A stretch of 64,000 nucleotides of DNA, from contig CAZSLI010000001.1 of the NCBI GenBank assembly GCA_964607705.1, forward strand, positions 145,420 through 209,419. The letters run 5' to 3'. The notes below the pieces were generated by a model. That model saw only the letters and a list, made by a program, of their open reading frames with translations, was not told the origin of the DNA and searched no databases. The stretch is from an uncultured Eubacteriales bacterium. GTDB taxonomy: Bacteria; Actinomycetota; Coriobacteriia; Anaerosomatales; PHET01. Positions 39,312 to 49,416 of this stretch are shown here, one piece after another. The position numbers and the translations under genes were made by a program. The stretch's first letter is position 1. The number at the start of each line of letters is the position of its first letter.

Positions 39312-40745
39312 ATGGAGAGAAATGCCAGTTCAGAGGTGGTGCTGGCATTCAGCGTCGTCACACGCAAGCGCTGCGGACCGTTTGGTCAGTGCCGCCTCGG
39401 ACTTGGCAGCCGCATTGCTTCGCTAACCGTCATGAGCAACTACATGCAAAGACTCGAAGTGCGGCTACGCGGGCTTGTAGAAGGCCGTCGCGAGCGAGCG
39501 CTACTCAGCCCGTTCACCGTCGTCGCGAGCACGGTCATGGGGCTCGCGCTGATCGCCGCCCCGGTGGCGTTGACGCGTCGCCCTGCCGACGACTTGATCG
39601 CGGGCCGGACGCCGATCACGGCGGCCGGCGGCGCAGGGTCATCGGCAGGCGATGTGTTGCCGGGTGCTGTGGGCGCGAGCGCGCCTGCGACGCCGTCGGT
39701 GGAGCCCGCGCACAAGACGCTCGTCGTCGCCTTCTATGGCGGCTGGGGAGATGAGGGCTTTCACTCGCTGGAGCGCAACATCGACAAGATCGATGTGCTG
39801 ATGCCGATGTGGTACCACATCGGCAACGACGGCCGGCTGACCCTCAGTTCGGTGAAGGACAAGCGCCGTGTCATGCGCCTCGTCCGGCGAGAGAACCCTG
39901 ATCTCAAGGTCATGCCGATCGTGAACAACTACGACAAGCGAACCGGTTCGTGGAACCCCGAGCAAGTCGCCAGGCTCATGCACAAGAAGGGCAAGAAGCA
40001 GGCGATCGCCAAGCGCATAGTCGCCACTATGCGCGCCGAGGGCTACGCGGGCATGAACATCGACCTCGAAGGTTTCACCGGTCGTGACCGAACGCTCGTC
40101 ACCGGCTTCATGAAGGAACTCTATCCGCGCGCCCACAAGGCCGGCTTGACCGTCTCGCAAGACGTGATCGTCGGCTCTGCCGCGTACGACCACGCCAAGT
40201 TGGCCAGGTACAACGACTACATGATCCCGATGATGTACGACGAGCACTGGAAGACCAGTGGTCCGGGACCCATCGCCTCGCAGCGCTGGTACGAGAAGAC
40301 GCTGCGCAAGTTCATCCGTCAGGTCCCTGCCGAGAAGGTCATCGTGGGGCTCGGCACCTATGCTTACAACTGGGGGCCCGGGCAGCGCGCGCAGGCCATG
40401 ACGTTTCACGAGGCAGGCTCGCTCGCCCGCCGCAAGCACGTCAAGATCAAGCTCGACCGGAGAGGCATGAACTCGCACTTCAGCTACAAGCAGGGCGGCA
40501 AGACGCGTCACGTGTGGATGCTCGACGCGGTCAGCTCGTACAATCAAGTGAAGGCCGGTTCGGAGCACAAGATCGCGGGGTACGCCTTCTGGAGGATCGG
40601 CGCCGAGGATCCCGACGTGTGGAAGGTCTTCTCCGACCGCGATGCGCTGGACGGCCGGACTGCTGCCTCTCTGGAGCATGGTAGGCGTCGCATCGCTTAC
40701 GACGAGTCGAGCGGACGCATCGGCGGGGCCGTGATCGTTCCTTAG
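39312..40745 (+). CDS. Membrane-anchored glycoside hydrolase family 18-like protein
   Basis: GH18 catalytic strand GMNIDLEGF and WRIGAEDP near the C-terminus. ATG 39312 lies 5 nt after AGGAGG. One N-terminal TM helix. Confidence 0.75.
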   Translation: MERNASSEVVLAFSVVTRKRCGPFGQCRLGLGSRIASLTVMSNYMQRLEVRLRGLVEGRRERALLSPFTVVASTVMGLALIAAPVALTRRPADDLIAGRTPITAAGGAGSSAGDVLPGAVGASAPATPSVEPAHKTLVVAFYGGWGDEGFHSLERNIDKIDVLMPMWYHIGNDGRLTLSSVKDKRRVMRLVRRENPDLKVMPIVNNYDKRTGSWNPEQVARLMHKKGKKQAIAKRIVATMRAEGYAGMNIDLEGFTGRDRTLVTGFMKELYPRAHKAGLTVSQDVIVGSAAYDHAKLARYNDYMIPMMYDEHWKTSGPGPIASQRWYEKTLRKFIRQVPAEKVIVGLGTYAYNWGPGQRAQAMTFHEAGSLARRKHVKIKLDRRGMNSHFSYKQGGKTRHVWMLDAVSSYNQVKAGSEHKIAGYAFWRIGAEDPDVWKVFSDRDALDGRTAASLEHGRRRIAYDESSGRIGGAVIVP

Positions 40746-40782
40746 GGCTGGGTCGGCTTTTCGCGCGCGCGAAGGGCGGCTG

Positions 40783-41796
40783 GTGCGCTACTCTGTACGC
40801 CGTCCAGCAATCCATGAAGCGACGTGCGGAGCGAAAGTGAACGAACCCGTTCCCTCGTGTAGCGACGAGGCCTCAGATCGGCTGAGGAGTCACTACCGAA
40901 ACCGGATCGTCTTGGTGACCGGTGCCGGTGGGTTCATCGGCGGCCATCTGGTCCGAGCCCTCATGCACTACGGGGCCGACGTCCAGTGCACCGCGTTGCC
41001 CGCCGAGTCGCTGTCGCACGGATGCGTCCACCGGGTCGATCTACGGGACGAGGATGCCATCGCGGATCTCGTCGCGCAGGTGCGTCCCGAGGCCGTCTTT
41101 CACTTGGCGGGGGTCGTCGACACGTCGAGCGCCGCAGCGCACGTCTCCCGCTCGTTGCAGGGCAACCTCGTCGCCTCAGTGAACGTGCTTCTTGCCGCCG
41201 AGGCCAACGGAGTCCCACGCGTCGTGCTGACGGGCTCTTCCGAAGAGCTCACGGGTGAGGCCGGAGCGACATCCCCTTATGCGGCGGCGAAGCTGTCTGT
41301 GCGCCCGTGGGTCGGCTTGTTCCGCGAGCGTTACGGGTTGGATGTCGTGACCTTGCGCCCCTTCATGGCGTATGGCCCGGAGCAGCCGCCTCATCGGCTG
41401 ATCCCCCAGGTAGCGCTTCACTTGTTGGCTGGCAACGCGCCCACGGTCAAGGACCCTGAGCGGATCTGCGATTTCACCTACGTCGATGACGTCGTGCAGG
41501 CGTTCCTGCTCGCAGGCATGGCCGATTCCGTCCCCGCGGGGGACTACGACGTCGGTACGGGCGTGGGAACCCGTGTTGCGGATGCGTGCGAAGGACTTCG
41601 TCGCCTTCTGCCCGAGAGCCCAGCCATCGAATACCTACCGCGACCGGCCTCGGTGGAGCCCCACATCGCGTTTCAGCACGGCGCGCGGATTCCGGGCTGG
41701 GCACCATGCGTGGCGCTCGACGCCGGACTTGAGAGAACGCTCAAGTGGTATCGCTCGAAGCAAGCGTCCCACTCCGAAGATGAGGAAGCACGATGA
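40783..41796 (+). CDS. NAD-dependent epimerase/dehydratase (extended SDR)
   Basis: VLVTGAGGFIGGHLV Rossmann motif, catalytic SPYAAAK (YxxxK). The alternative start is GTG 40837. Confidence 0.8.
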   Translation: MRYSVRRPAIHEATCGAKVNEPVPSCSDEASDRLRSHYRNRIVLVTGAGGFIGGHLVRALMHYGADVQCTALPAESLSHGCVHRVDLRDEDAIADLVAQVRPEAVFHLAGVVDTSSAAAHVSRSLQGNLVASVNVLLAAEANGVPRVVLTGSSEELTGEAGATSPYAAAKLSVRPWVGLFRERYGLDVVTLRPFMAYGPEQPPHRLIPQVALHLLAGNAPTVKDPERICDFTYVDDVVQAFLLAGMADSVPAGDYDVGTGVGTRVADACEGLRRLLPESPAIEYLPRPASVEPHIAFQHGARIPGWAPCVALDAGLERTLKWYRSKQASHSEDEEAR

Positions 41797-42827
41797 GCTG
41801 GTTGGTCACCGGTGGATGTGGTTTTGTCGGCAGCAACGTGGTCGACGCACTGCTGACTCAGGGGCAGGACGTCGTCGCGCTCGACAACCTGACCCGGCAC
41901 GGTTCCGAACACAACCTCGCGTGGCTGCGCGAGCGCCATGGGGATGGCTGGCGCTTCGTTCAGGCCGATACGCGCGACCAAGGCGCGGTCGACCAGGTCA
42001 TCGGTGACTTCAAGCCAGACACTATCGCGCACCTTGCGGGGCAGGTGGCCATGACCACCAGCGTCGCGGACCCGCGCCTCGACTTCGAGACCAACGCACT
42101 CGGCACGTTCAACGTCCTCGATGCCGTGCGACGGCTGTCGCCCGACAGCGGCGTCATCTACTCGTCCACCAACAAGGTCTACGGCGAGCTCGACCAGTTC
42201 GAGTACGTTGAGGGCCCGACGCGCTGGCTCATGCCATCTCACCCCAATGGGATCGCCGAGGACGTGCAGCTTGACGGTTACTCACCGTATGGCTGCTCAA
42301 AACTCGCGGCCGACCAGTACGTTCGTGACTGGCACCGTCTCTACGGTTTGAAGACTGCGGTCTTCCGGCACTCGTCGATGTATGGCGGACGCCAATACGC
42401 CACGTACGACCAGGGCTGGATCGGGTGGTTTTGCATGAAGGCACTCGAGATGGCGGATCCGGACGCGCCGAACTTCACCATCTCAGGAGACGGCAAGCAG
42501 GTGAGGGACGCCTTGCACGCCGATGACCTCGTGACGGCGTACCTCGCCGCCGGGGAGCACCTCGATGAGGTAGCCGGAAGCATCTTCAATCTCGGTGGTG
42601 GCCCCGCCAACGCGCTCTCGCTGCTGGAGTTGTTCGCCAAGCTTGAAGAGATCACCGGCAACACGATGCGCTACGACAAGCTTCCATTCCGCCAGGGTGA
42701 CCAACTCGTCTTCGTCGCCGACATCACGAAGGCCCACGATCTTCTCGGCTGGCAGCCGAGAGTCTCGTCCGACGAGGGGCTCGCTCGAATGGTGGAGTGG
42801 ACACAGGAGATGACCGGTGCCCTCTAG
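41793..42827 (+). CDS. NAD-dependent epimerase/dehydratase (CDP-paratose 2-epimerase-like SDR)
   Basis: WLVTGGCGFVGSNVV, SPYGCSKLAADQY. ATGA overlap with the upstream SDR gene. Confidence 0.8.
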   Translation: MSWLVTGGCGFVGSNVVDALLTQGQDVVALDNLTRHGSEHNLAWLRERHGDGWRFVQADTRDQGAVDQVIGDFKPDTIAHLAGQVAMTTSVADPRLDFETNALGTFNVLDAVRRLSPDSGVIYSSTNKVYGELDQFEYVEGPTRWLMPSHPNGIAEDVQLDGYSPYGCSKLAADQYVRDWHRLYGLKTAVFRHSSMYGGRQYATYDQGWIGWFCMKALEMADPDAPNFTISGDGKQVRDALHADDLVTAYLAAGEHLDEVAGSIFNLGGGPANALSLLELFAKLEEITGNTMRYDKLPFRQGDQLVFVADITKAHDLLGWQPRVSSDEGLARMVEWTQEMTGAL

Positions 42828-43554
42828 TCAGACCGGACCCGCCATCAGCGTCGTCATGCCGGCCTATCAGGAGGCCGAGAACCTGGCGCTGTTGCTTCCC
42901 CAGCTCAGGTCCGTGCTCGATTCGCTCGGCGTGAGCTGGGAAGTGCTCGTCGTCGACACGGCACAGCCGCGAGACGAGACGCCCGAGATCTGCGCCCGCG
43001 TGGGCGTCACGCACGTGCCTCGCGAGGGCGGGGACAGCTACGGCGACGCGATCCGCACCGGCATGGCGCGCTGCAGGGGTGAGCGGGTCGTGATCATGGA
43101 CAGCGATGGATCGCACGATCCCGAGTTCGTGCGCACGCTGTGGGAGCACCGCGACGACGCGGACATCGTCATCGCATCGCGCTATGTTCCCGGCGGCGAT
43201 ACACAGAACCCGTGGGCGCTTGTCGCCATGTCCAAGGCGCTCAACCTGGTCTTCTCGGCGGTCGTTCACCTGCCGGCGAAGGACGTGTCGAACAGTTTCC
43301 GCCTCTACCGGGGCGAGCAGTTGCGCTCGATCCAGGTCGAGTTGGACCACTTCGATGTGCAGGAGGAGCTCTTCGCCCGCCTGTTGTGGGAGTTGCCCGA
43401 GCCGGCGACGGTAGCCGAGGTACCATTCGCCTTCAAGGCGCGGCTTCACGGGAGCTCGAAGCGAAGCATGACCGTCTTCATCGCCGCCTACCTCGCCGCG
43501 ATGGTTCGCCTGCGCAAGATGCGTCGCGGGATCCGGGATGCGAGAGGGCGATGA
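42817..43554 (+). CDS. GT2 polyprenol-phosphate glycosyltransferase (Ppm1/DPM1/GtrB-like)
   Basis: ISVVMPAYQEAENL, VIMDSDGSHDP (DxD region). Overlaps the upstream stop by 11 nt. Confidence 0.8.
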   Translation: MPSSQTGPAISVVMPAYQEAENLALLLPQLRSVLDSLGVSWEVLVVDTAQPRDETPEICARVGVTHVPREGGDSYGDAIRTGMARCRGERVVIMDSDGSHDPEFVRTLWEHRDDADIVIASRYVPGGDTQNPWALVAMSKALNLVFSAVVHLPAKDVSNSFRLYRGEQLRSIQVELDHFDVQEELFARLLWELPEPATVAEVPFAFKARLHGSSKRSMTVFIAAYLAAMVRLRKMRRGIRDARGR

Positions 43555-45209
43555 GCCCCCGGCCCGATGAGCGTCGACGACGTCGAGGTCGGGAGCGGCT
43601 CACGTTCCCTGACGCGATCCTGGGCGATCCGGGTGCTCGGACAAGCCGAACTCTTCTGATCGTCACGCTGCTCACGGCTGCGGCGTTGTTTGCCGCGATC
43701 AAGTACCTGGGCATGCGCCAGTTCGGAGCCGAGGACGGCGGTATCACCGCGGCGATCGCCTACATGGTCAAGCTCGGATACGTGCCGATCCGGGACTTCG
43801 AGACCACGGGCTTTCCGCCGCTGTACATGCTCGCCGGTGGGTGGGCGTTCCGGATGCTCGGCACGCGCTGGGAATCCCTCGTCACACTTGCGGCACTCAC
43901 GAGTTCGATGGCGCTCGTGGTGCAGACATGGTTGGGCAGACGGGCGGGATTCTCGCCGGTCACGGCGATCGCGATCGCGATCGTCACCCAGTGCGCCACG
44001 TTCCTGCCACTCTCCAACTGGTGGTACAACCAGCTGACTTCAGTGGTGGGCGTGCTGTTCGTGACGGCGGCGCTGGCGTTCGCGCGCCAGCCCGAGGACC
44101 GGCTGAACTCGGCGTCGTTGCTGCTTACAGCGGCAGTGATCTCCTGGTGCAAGCCCAACGTCGCCGCACTGCTCCTGTTGGGCGTCGGAATCGTCATCGT
44201 GTCGTCTCACCGGCTACGCCGCCGAGGACTCGCGTTGATGGTGGGTGCCGCGGTGCTATCCCTCGCGGGGTTGGTCATCGTCGGACTGAGCCCGTCGGGG
44301 CTCATTTCCGAGTACTTGGGCGTTGGCGTCAGGCTGACACCGGGCAACTTCGTCACCTTCTTCCTGCTCAATGACAACCTCGACGTCATGCTCACCATGG
44401 GGTTGCTCGTCCCGGCACTTGCCGCGGGGGTCACCTCTCTCGTATTCGCGGTTCTCAAGCCGACGGATGCGCAAGCGGCAGGTCCCCGCGTTGCGCTGGC
44501 CGCACTGGCGGTGGCGACCGGTCTCGCCGCCATGGGCACGAACAACGATCACAACCTCGTCGACGCTCCTCTCATCTTGCTGGGATGTGTCGCCGTGGCC
44601 TGCGTCGCGTTCGGTGAGCGCGGCGAGCGCCGAAAGACGCGCCTCGCTGTGGCGTTGGCTCTGTCGTTCACGTTGCTCGGGCTGAGTGTCTACGGCACCG
44701 TGTCCGCCGGTTTCCGCTATCGCATCTACTCGGTGGGACCGGGGGCGTTTTGGGAGAAGACCGGTCTGTCGTCGTTGGGTGGAAGACCCATGCTTGCCGG
44801 TGTGAGCGCTGGTCCGGCTCTCCATACGACGCTTGCAGACATCCGAGCCACCCTGCGCGCCAATCCGGACGTCGTCGCGTCCGACGGCGTGTTCTTCGGC
44901 CCGCGGCTGCTCGTGATGTATCCCGAGTTCGGTGTGGCTCCGCCCAAGGGGCTGCCCACCTGGTGGATGCTCTATCGCGACGGCCGACCGCGGACAGCCA
45001 AGGCCGTGGGCCGTTTCGCCGAGGAGAAGCGCCCGCTCCTCATCATCTTCGGTGGGGACTACACCGACTTCCCGCAGTCACTGCGAGAGCTGATCCGCTC
45101 GCGTTACACGGCCTATCACTACGGCACGCTCACGCTCCACGTGCTCAAGGGCTCAGACGTGCGGGTGCCGAAGGGTGCGCAGCCCTTCAAGTGGGACGGC
45201 GGGAGCTAG
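43551..45209 (+). CDS. Polytopic membrane protein, putative GT-C fold glycosyltransferase (ArnT/PMT/YfhO-like)
   Basis: ATGA overlap with the GT2 stop. At least 10 hydrophobic helices, an acidic first loop (FGAEDGG) and a soluble C-terminal domain of about 170 aa. The track ORF start at 43140 is an out-of-frame extension inside the GT2 gene. Confidence 0.55.
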   Translation: MSPRPDERRRRRGRERLTFPDAILGDPGARTSRTLLIVTLLTAAALFAAIKYLGMRQFGAEDGGITAAIAYMVKLGYVPIRDFETTGFPPLYMLAGGWAFRMLGTRWESLVTLAALTSSMALVVQTWLGRRAGFSPVTAIAIAIVTQCATFLPLSNWWYNQLTSVVGVLFVTAALAFARQPEDRLNSASLLLTAAVISWCKPNVAALLLLGVGIVIVSSHRLRRRGLALMVGAAVLSLAGLVIVGLSPSGLISEYLGVGVRLTPGNFVTFFLLNDNLDVMLTMGLLVPALAAGVTSLVFAVLKPTDAQAAGPRVALAALAVATGLAAMGTNNDHNLVDAPLILLGCVAVACVAFGERGERRKTRLAVALALSFTLLGLSVYGTVSAGFRYRIYSVGPGAFWEKTGLSSLGGRPMLAGVSAGPALHTTLADIRATLRANPDVVASDGVFFGPRLLVMYPEFGVAPPKGLPTWWMLYRDGRPRTAKAVGRFAEEKRPLLIIFGGDYTDFPQSLRELIRSRYTAYHYGTLTLHVLKGSDVRVPKGAQPFKWDGGS

Positions 45210-45257
45210 ACCGACGCAGTAGACTAAGGGGCGATAGTCGCGTCCGAGGGGGGATCG

Positions 45258-46211
45258 GTGGCTCAGGTCGTCGTAAGGTGGCTGGACGGCGGTCAAGTGC
45301 GCGTCGGCAGCATCGTGGACATCGACATCGCATGTGACTCGGGCTGGGCCTGGGTCGACGTTCTGCAGCCCGACGCCGACACCATGGCCGTGCTGTCCGA
45401 GCGCTTCAATCTGCACCCGCTGGCGGTCGAGGACACGCTCCACGGGCGTCAGCGGCCCAAGATCGAGACCTACCGCTCCGGTCTGTTCATCGTGTGGCTC
45501 ACCCCGCTTGCGCCGGATGGCGACGAGGTACCGGTCCACGAGCTCGCCGCGTTCCTCGGCAAGGATCACCTCATCACGGTCCACGGCGAACAGCGCGAGG
45601 AGATCGATGACGTGGTGCGGCGTGCCGATGACATCATGCCGCAGGGCTCCGACTTCCTGCTGCATGCGATCATCGACCGGCTGGTCGACTCCGTTCTGGG
45701 CATCGTCGACGGGCTTGCCGATGAGCTCGAGGACGTGGAGGACCTGCTGCTCTCCAGCCCTGCCGCTAGGGAGCTCGACTCCATCTACTCGATCCGTCGG
45801 CGGCTCGTTAAGCTGCACCGCATCGTCGGCCCCGAGCGCGACATCATCCGCTCACTGGCGCGGGAGCGGGAGTACATCGACGAGGAGGCCTATCGCTACC
45901 TGCAGGACGTCGGCGACCACCTCGCGAGGCTCGAGGACTCCATCGAGACGACCCGCGACGTTGCCGCCGCCGCAATGGACATCTACCTCTCCTCGGTCTC
46001 GAACCGCATGAACGAGATCATGAAGGTGCTCACGGTGGTTGCCACGATCTTCATGCCGCTGACCCTCATCTCGGGTATCTACGGAATGAATCTCGTTCGC
46101 GGTATGTGGCCCCCCATCGATGCGGTCTGGTCCTTCTGGGCCGTATGCGGCGCGATGGTGGTGATAGCTGCCTGGATGGTCTGGTTCTTCAAGAGGAGGA
46201 AGTGGTGGTAG
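45258..46211 (+). CDS. corA: CorA family magnesium/cobalt transporter
   Basis: C-terminal two TM helices with the GIYGMN motif (YGMN). Confidence 0.9.
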   Translation: MAQVVVRWLDGGQVRVGSIVDIDIACDSGWAWVDVLQPDADTMAVLSERFNLHPLAVEDTLHGRQRPKIETYRSGLFIVWLTPLAPDGDEVPVHELAAFLGKDHLITVHGEQREEIDDVVRRADDIMPQGSDFLLHAIIDRLVDSVLGIVDGLADELEDVEDLLLSSPAARELDSIYSIRRRLVKLHRIVGPERDIIRSLAREREYIDEEAYRYLQDVGDHLARLEDSIETTRDVAAAAMDIYLSSVSNRMNEIMKVLTVVATIFMPLTLISGIYGMNLVRGMWPPIDAVWSFWAVCGAMVVIAAWMVWFFKRRKWW

Positions 46212-46909
46212 ATCTGCGCGAACCGCGTTCCGACCACGCGCACACGCCCGAATCCTCGCCCGACCACGCGCACGACATCTACACGCTCGCCAACATCATC
46301 ACGATCCTGCGCCTGATCCTCGTACCGATCTTCTTCGCAGTGCTGATGAGCGGCCGCAACGATACGGTTGCCTTCATCCTCTTCGTCGTGGCGGCTTCCA
46401 CCGACTGGGTGGACGGCCAGATCGCGCGACGCACCGGTACCGTAACCGAGATCGGCAAGGCCATCGATCCGATCGTCGATCGGCTTCTGATCGCCGCCGG
46501 CGTGCTCGGCGTCTATCTCGAAGGCCGCGTGCCGTTGTGGATCCTCGCGGTCCTCATCTTGCGCGACGTGTTCCTCGGCGTAGGCGTCCTCTTCCTTGCA
46601 CGCCGAAGAGTTGCAGCCCCGCCCGTGAACATGCTCGGAAAGATCACTACAGCGCTTCTCCTGATCGGATTCTCAGGACTCATCCTCAACCAGCCGCTGG
46701 TGCCCGGACTCGGTGTCGTCGAGTCGCCTGCACTGCCCGGATGGGGGAGCTCGCCCGCACCCCTCGGCATCTGGTTCCTCTACGTCGGTATCCTGACGTC
46801 GCTCGCGACTGCCGCCATCTACACCGCTCGAGGACTGCACGCCTTGCGTCTCAAGAAGGCCGAGGACACGGCTGCGATCTCGCCCACGGATCAGGAGGCA
46901 ACACGATGA
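46205..46909 (+). CDS. CDP-alcohol phosphatidyltransferase (PgsA-like)
   Basis: [28 protein letters not shown] fits D(x)2DG(x)2AR...G(x)3D(x)3D. GTG 46202/46205 follows AGGAGGA and overlaps the corA stop. Confidence 0.85.
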   Translation: MVDLREPRSDHAHTPESSPDHAHDIYTLANIITILRLILVPIFFAVLMSGRNDTVAFILFVVAASTDWVDGQIARRTGTVTEIGKAIDPIVDRLLIAAGVLGVYLEGRVPLWILAVLILRDVFLGVGVLFLARRRVAAPPVNMLGKITTALLLIGFSGLILNQPLVPGLGVVESPALPGWGSSPAPLGIWFLYVGILTSLATAAIYTARGLHALRLKKAEDTAAISPTDQEATR

Positions 46910-49416
46910 AAGCCGTGATCATGGCTGGCGGCGAGGGTACCAGGCTTCGCCCGCTCACGTCGCTGCGACCCAAGCCGATGGTGCCCATCGTCAATCAACC
47001 GGTGATGGAGCACATCCTCGGCCTCGTGAAGCATCATGGGATCGACGACGTCGTCGCCACGCTGGCGTTCATGCCGCAAGTCATCGAAGACTACTTCGGC
47101 GATGGCGAAGAATGGGCGATGAGGATCGAGTACGCGATCGAGGAGACGCCGCTCGGAACAGCCGGTTCCGTCAAGAACGCCGAGAAATTGCTCCCGGATG
47201 GCGAACCGTTCGTCGTCATCAGCGGTGACGCGCTCACCGACATCGACCTCACCGAGGTCATCGAGTACCACAAGCGCATGGGCGGCGCGGTGACGATCGC
47301 CCTCAAGCGCGTGCCCGACCCCCTCGAGTTCGGCGTGGTCATCACCGCCGAGGACGGCCGCATCGAGCGCTTCCTCGAGAAGCCGACGTGGGGCCAGGTG
47401 TTCAGCGACCAGATCAACACCGGCATCTACGTTGTCGAGCCGTGGGTGCTCCGCGAGATTCCCAAAGATGTGAGCTACGACTTCTCGGCGGACCTGTTCC
47501 CCAAGCTCATGGAGCAGGGCCATGCGTTGTATGGCATCACGATGGACGGCTACTGGTGTGACGTGGGTAGCCGCGAAAGCTACCTTGAGGTCCACACCGA
47601 CATCCTCGACGGCAAGGCGAAGATCTTCGTTCCCGGAATCCACGCGCGTGAGGGACTCTGGGTCGCCGAGAACGCCACGGTCGAGCAGGGGGCCGTACTC
47701 GGCGACAAGGTGGTCATCGGAAACAATGCGAAGATCCGCGCCGGCGCGCGGATAGGGGACTACGTGGTCGTGGGCGACAACTGCGTCATCGGCGACGATG
47801 CCCGCGTGAGCCACTCGGTCATCTGGGACGACACCTTCGTGGGCAAGCAGTCGCGTGTCTCCGGTTCGGTCCTGTGCCGGCATGTCGACGTCCGGGCCCG
47901 CGCGGTGATCGACCTCGGCACGACGCTCGGCGACGAGTCCGTCGTCGGGCAAGGCGCGCACATAGGCGTTGACGTGCAGGTCTTCCCCTACAAGCGCATC
48001 GAGCCGGCCGCGACGGTCACGAGCTCGCTGATCTGGGAGTCGACGGCACTGCGGTCGCTCTTCGCCGACGGGGGCATATTCGGGCTCGTCGGCATCGACA
48101 TCACGCCCGAACTCGCCCTGAAGGTCGCCGAGGCGTTCGGTTCCCTGTTGCCCAAAGGCGGCCACGTGGTGGTCACGCGCGACACGTCTCGGGCCGCCCG
48201 CATGGTGAAGCGCGCCATGGTGGCCGGCCTGAACGCGACGGGTGTCAACGTGCGCGACCTGCGGGTCGCATCACCTGCCCTGAGCCGGTTCACCACGCAG
48301 AAGACCCGCTGCGTGGGAGGGATCCACATCGCCGTAGCCCAAGACGATCCTGCATCGCTCGAGATCCGCTTCTTCGACAAGAACGGCCTCGACATCGCAC
48401 CGTGGGAGCAGAAGAAGATCGAGCGTCTGTACTTCCGCGGTGAGTTCCGCCGCGCCTTCTTTGAGGACGTGGGGGAGATCATCTATCCCGCACGACCGCT
48501 CGAGTACTACACCGCCGCACTCGACGAAGCGGTCGATGCGGCCGGCCCCGGCGGCGCATGGCGCAAGGTGGTCGCGGACATGCGGTGCGGGGCCGCGAGC
48601 CTGGTGGTCCCGCAGGTGGCGCACTCCTGGTGCATGAACGCCATCGCGCTGAACCCGGTCATCGATACCGAGCAAGGGGGGCAGTGCGGCGAGGTGACCG
48701 CCGCCGCCGTCGAGATCCTCGCCCGAACGGTCGAGCTCTTCGGGGCCGACATGGGTGTCATCTTCGACAGCGGCGCCGAGCGGGTGCGTCTGATGACCGG
48801 CTCGGGTCGCGAGCTCGACGGCGACACGCTGCTGCACCTGGTGACTTCGCTGTGGTGCCGTACGCGCACCGACGTGGACGGCGCCATCGCTGTGCCGCTG
48901 ACCGCCTCCCTGGCTGTCGATCGCATCGCCGAGGAGCACGGCCGTGCCGTCATCCGCCCCGGACGCTCACGCAGGGCGCTCGCTCAGTCGGTTCTCGACG
49001 GCCGGGCGGTCTATGCCGGCGCGACGACCGGCGGATTCATCTTCGGCGACTTCTTCCCAGCCTTCGATGGCGTTCTCACCATCGGCATGATCGCTCGTAT
49101 GCTCGACGGACTGGGCACGAGTCTGGACGAGGCCGCGGCGGAGCTGCCCACCTTCTACAAGTCACAGATCGCAGTCTTCTGTCCCACCGACCGCAAGGGC
49201 ATCGTCATGCGTCGGGTGACCGAGGAAGCGAGTGGCGGCCGCGTCGACCTGACCGAGGGCGTGCGCGTGGTCTACGACGACGGGTGGGCGCTCGTCTTGC
49301 CCGACTCCACCGACCCCACGGTAGGCATCTGGGCGGAGGCCCAGACTGCCGAGGAGGCCGGTCGCCGGGCGGATGCCTGGCGAGACGTCGTGGAGGCGGC
49401 GATCGCCGGTTCGTGA
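46906..49416 (+). CDS. Sugar-phosphate nucleotidyltransferase + LbH + phosphohexomutase-like fusion (836 aa)
   Basis: [18 protein letters not shown], hexapeptide repeats, then a four-subdomain PGM/PMM-like region. ATGA overlap with the upstream stop. Track start 46537 is an extension inside the upstream gene. Confidence 0.85.
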   Translation: MKAVIMAGGEGTRLRPLTSLRPKPMVPIVNQPVMEHILGLVKHHGIDDVVATLAFMPQVIEDYFGDGEEWAMRIEYAIEETPLGTAGSVKNAEKLLPDGEPFVVISGDALTDIDLTEVIEYHKRMGGAVTIALKRVPDPLEFGVVITAEDGRIERFLEKPTWGQVFSDQINTGIYVVEPWVLREIPKDVSYDFSADLFPKLMEQGHALYGITMDGYWCDVGSRESYLEVHTDILDGKAKIFVPGIHAREGLWVAENATVEQGAVLGDKVVIGNNAKIRAGARIGDYVVVGDNCVIGDDARVSHSVIWDDTFVGKQSRVSGSVLCRHVDVRARAVIDLGTTLGDESVVGQGAHIGVDVQVFPYKRIEPAATVTSSLIWESTALRSLFADGGIFGLVGIDITPELALKVAEAFGSLLPKGGHVVVTRDTSRAARMVKRAMVAGLNATGVNVRDLRVASPALSRFTTQKTRCVGGIHIAVAQDDPASLEIRFFDKNGLDIAPWEQKKIERLYFRGEFRRAFFEDVGEIIYPARPLEYYTAALDEAVDAAGPGGAWRKVVADMRCGAASLVVPQVAHSWCMNAIALNPVIDTEQGGQCGEVTAAAVEILARTVELFGADMGVIFDSGAERVRLMTGSGRELDGDTLLHLVTSLWCRTRTDVDGAIAVPLTASLAVDRIAEEHGRAVIRPGRSRRALAQSVLDGRAVYAGATTGGFIFGDFFPAFDGVLTIGMIARMLDGLGTSLDEAAAELPTFYKSQIAVFCPTDRKGIVMRRVTEEASGGRVDLTEGVRVVYDDGWALVLPDSTDPTVGIWAEAQTAEEAGRRADAWRDVVEAAIAGS

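Noticed and set aside
43140-43550. N-terminal extensions of track ORFs (43140, 46537, 46106, 9135, 11321, 10383, 12656, 19507, 30515, 32264, 62685, and 18978-19562 on the minus strand)
   Set aside because: The extensions run inside the preceding gene in another frame. Internal starts with RBSs or stop/start overlaps give proteins with canonical N-termini.
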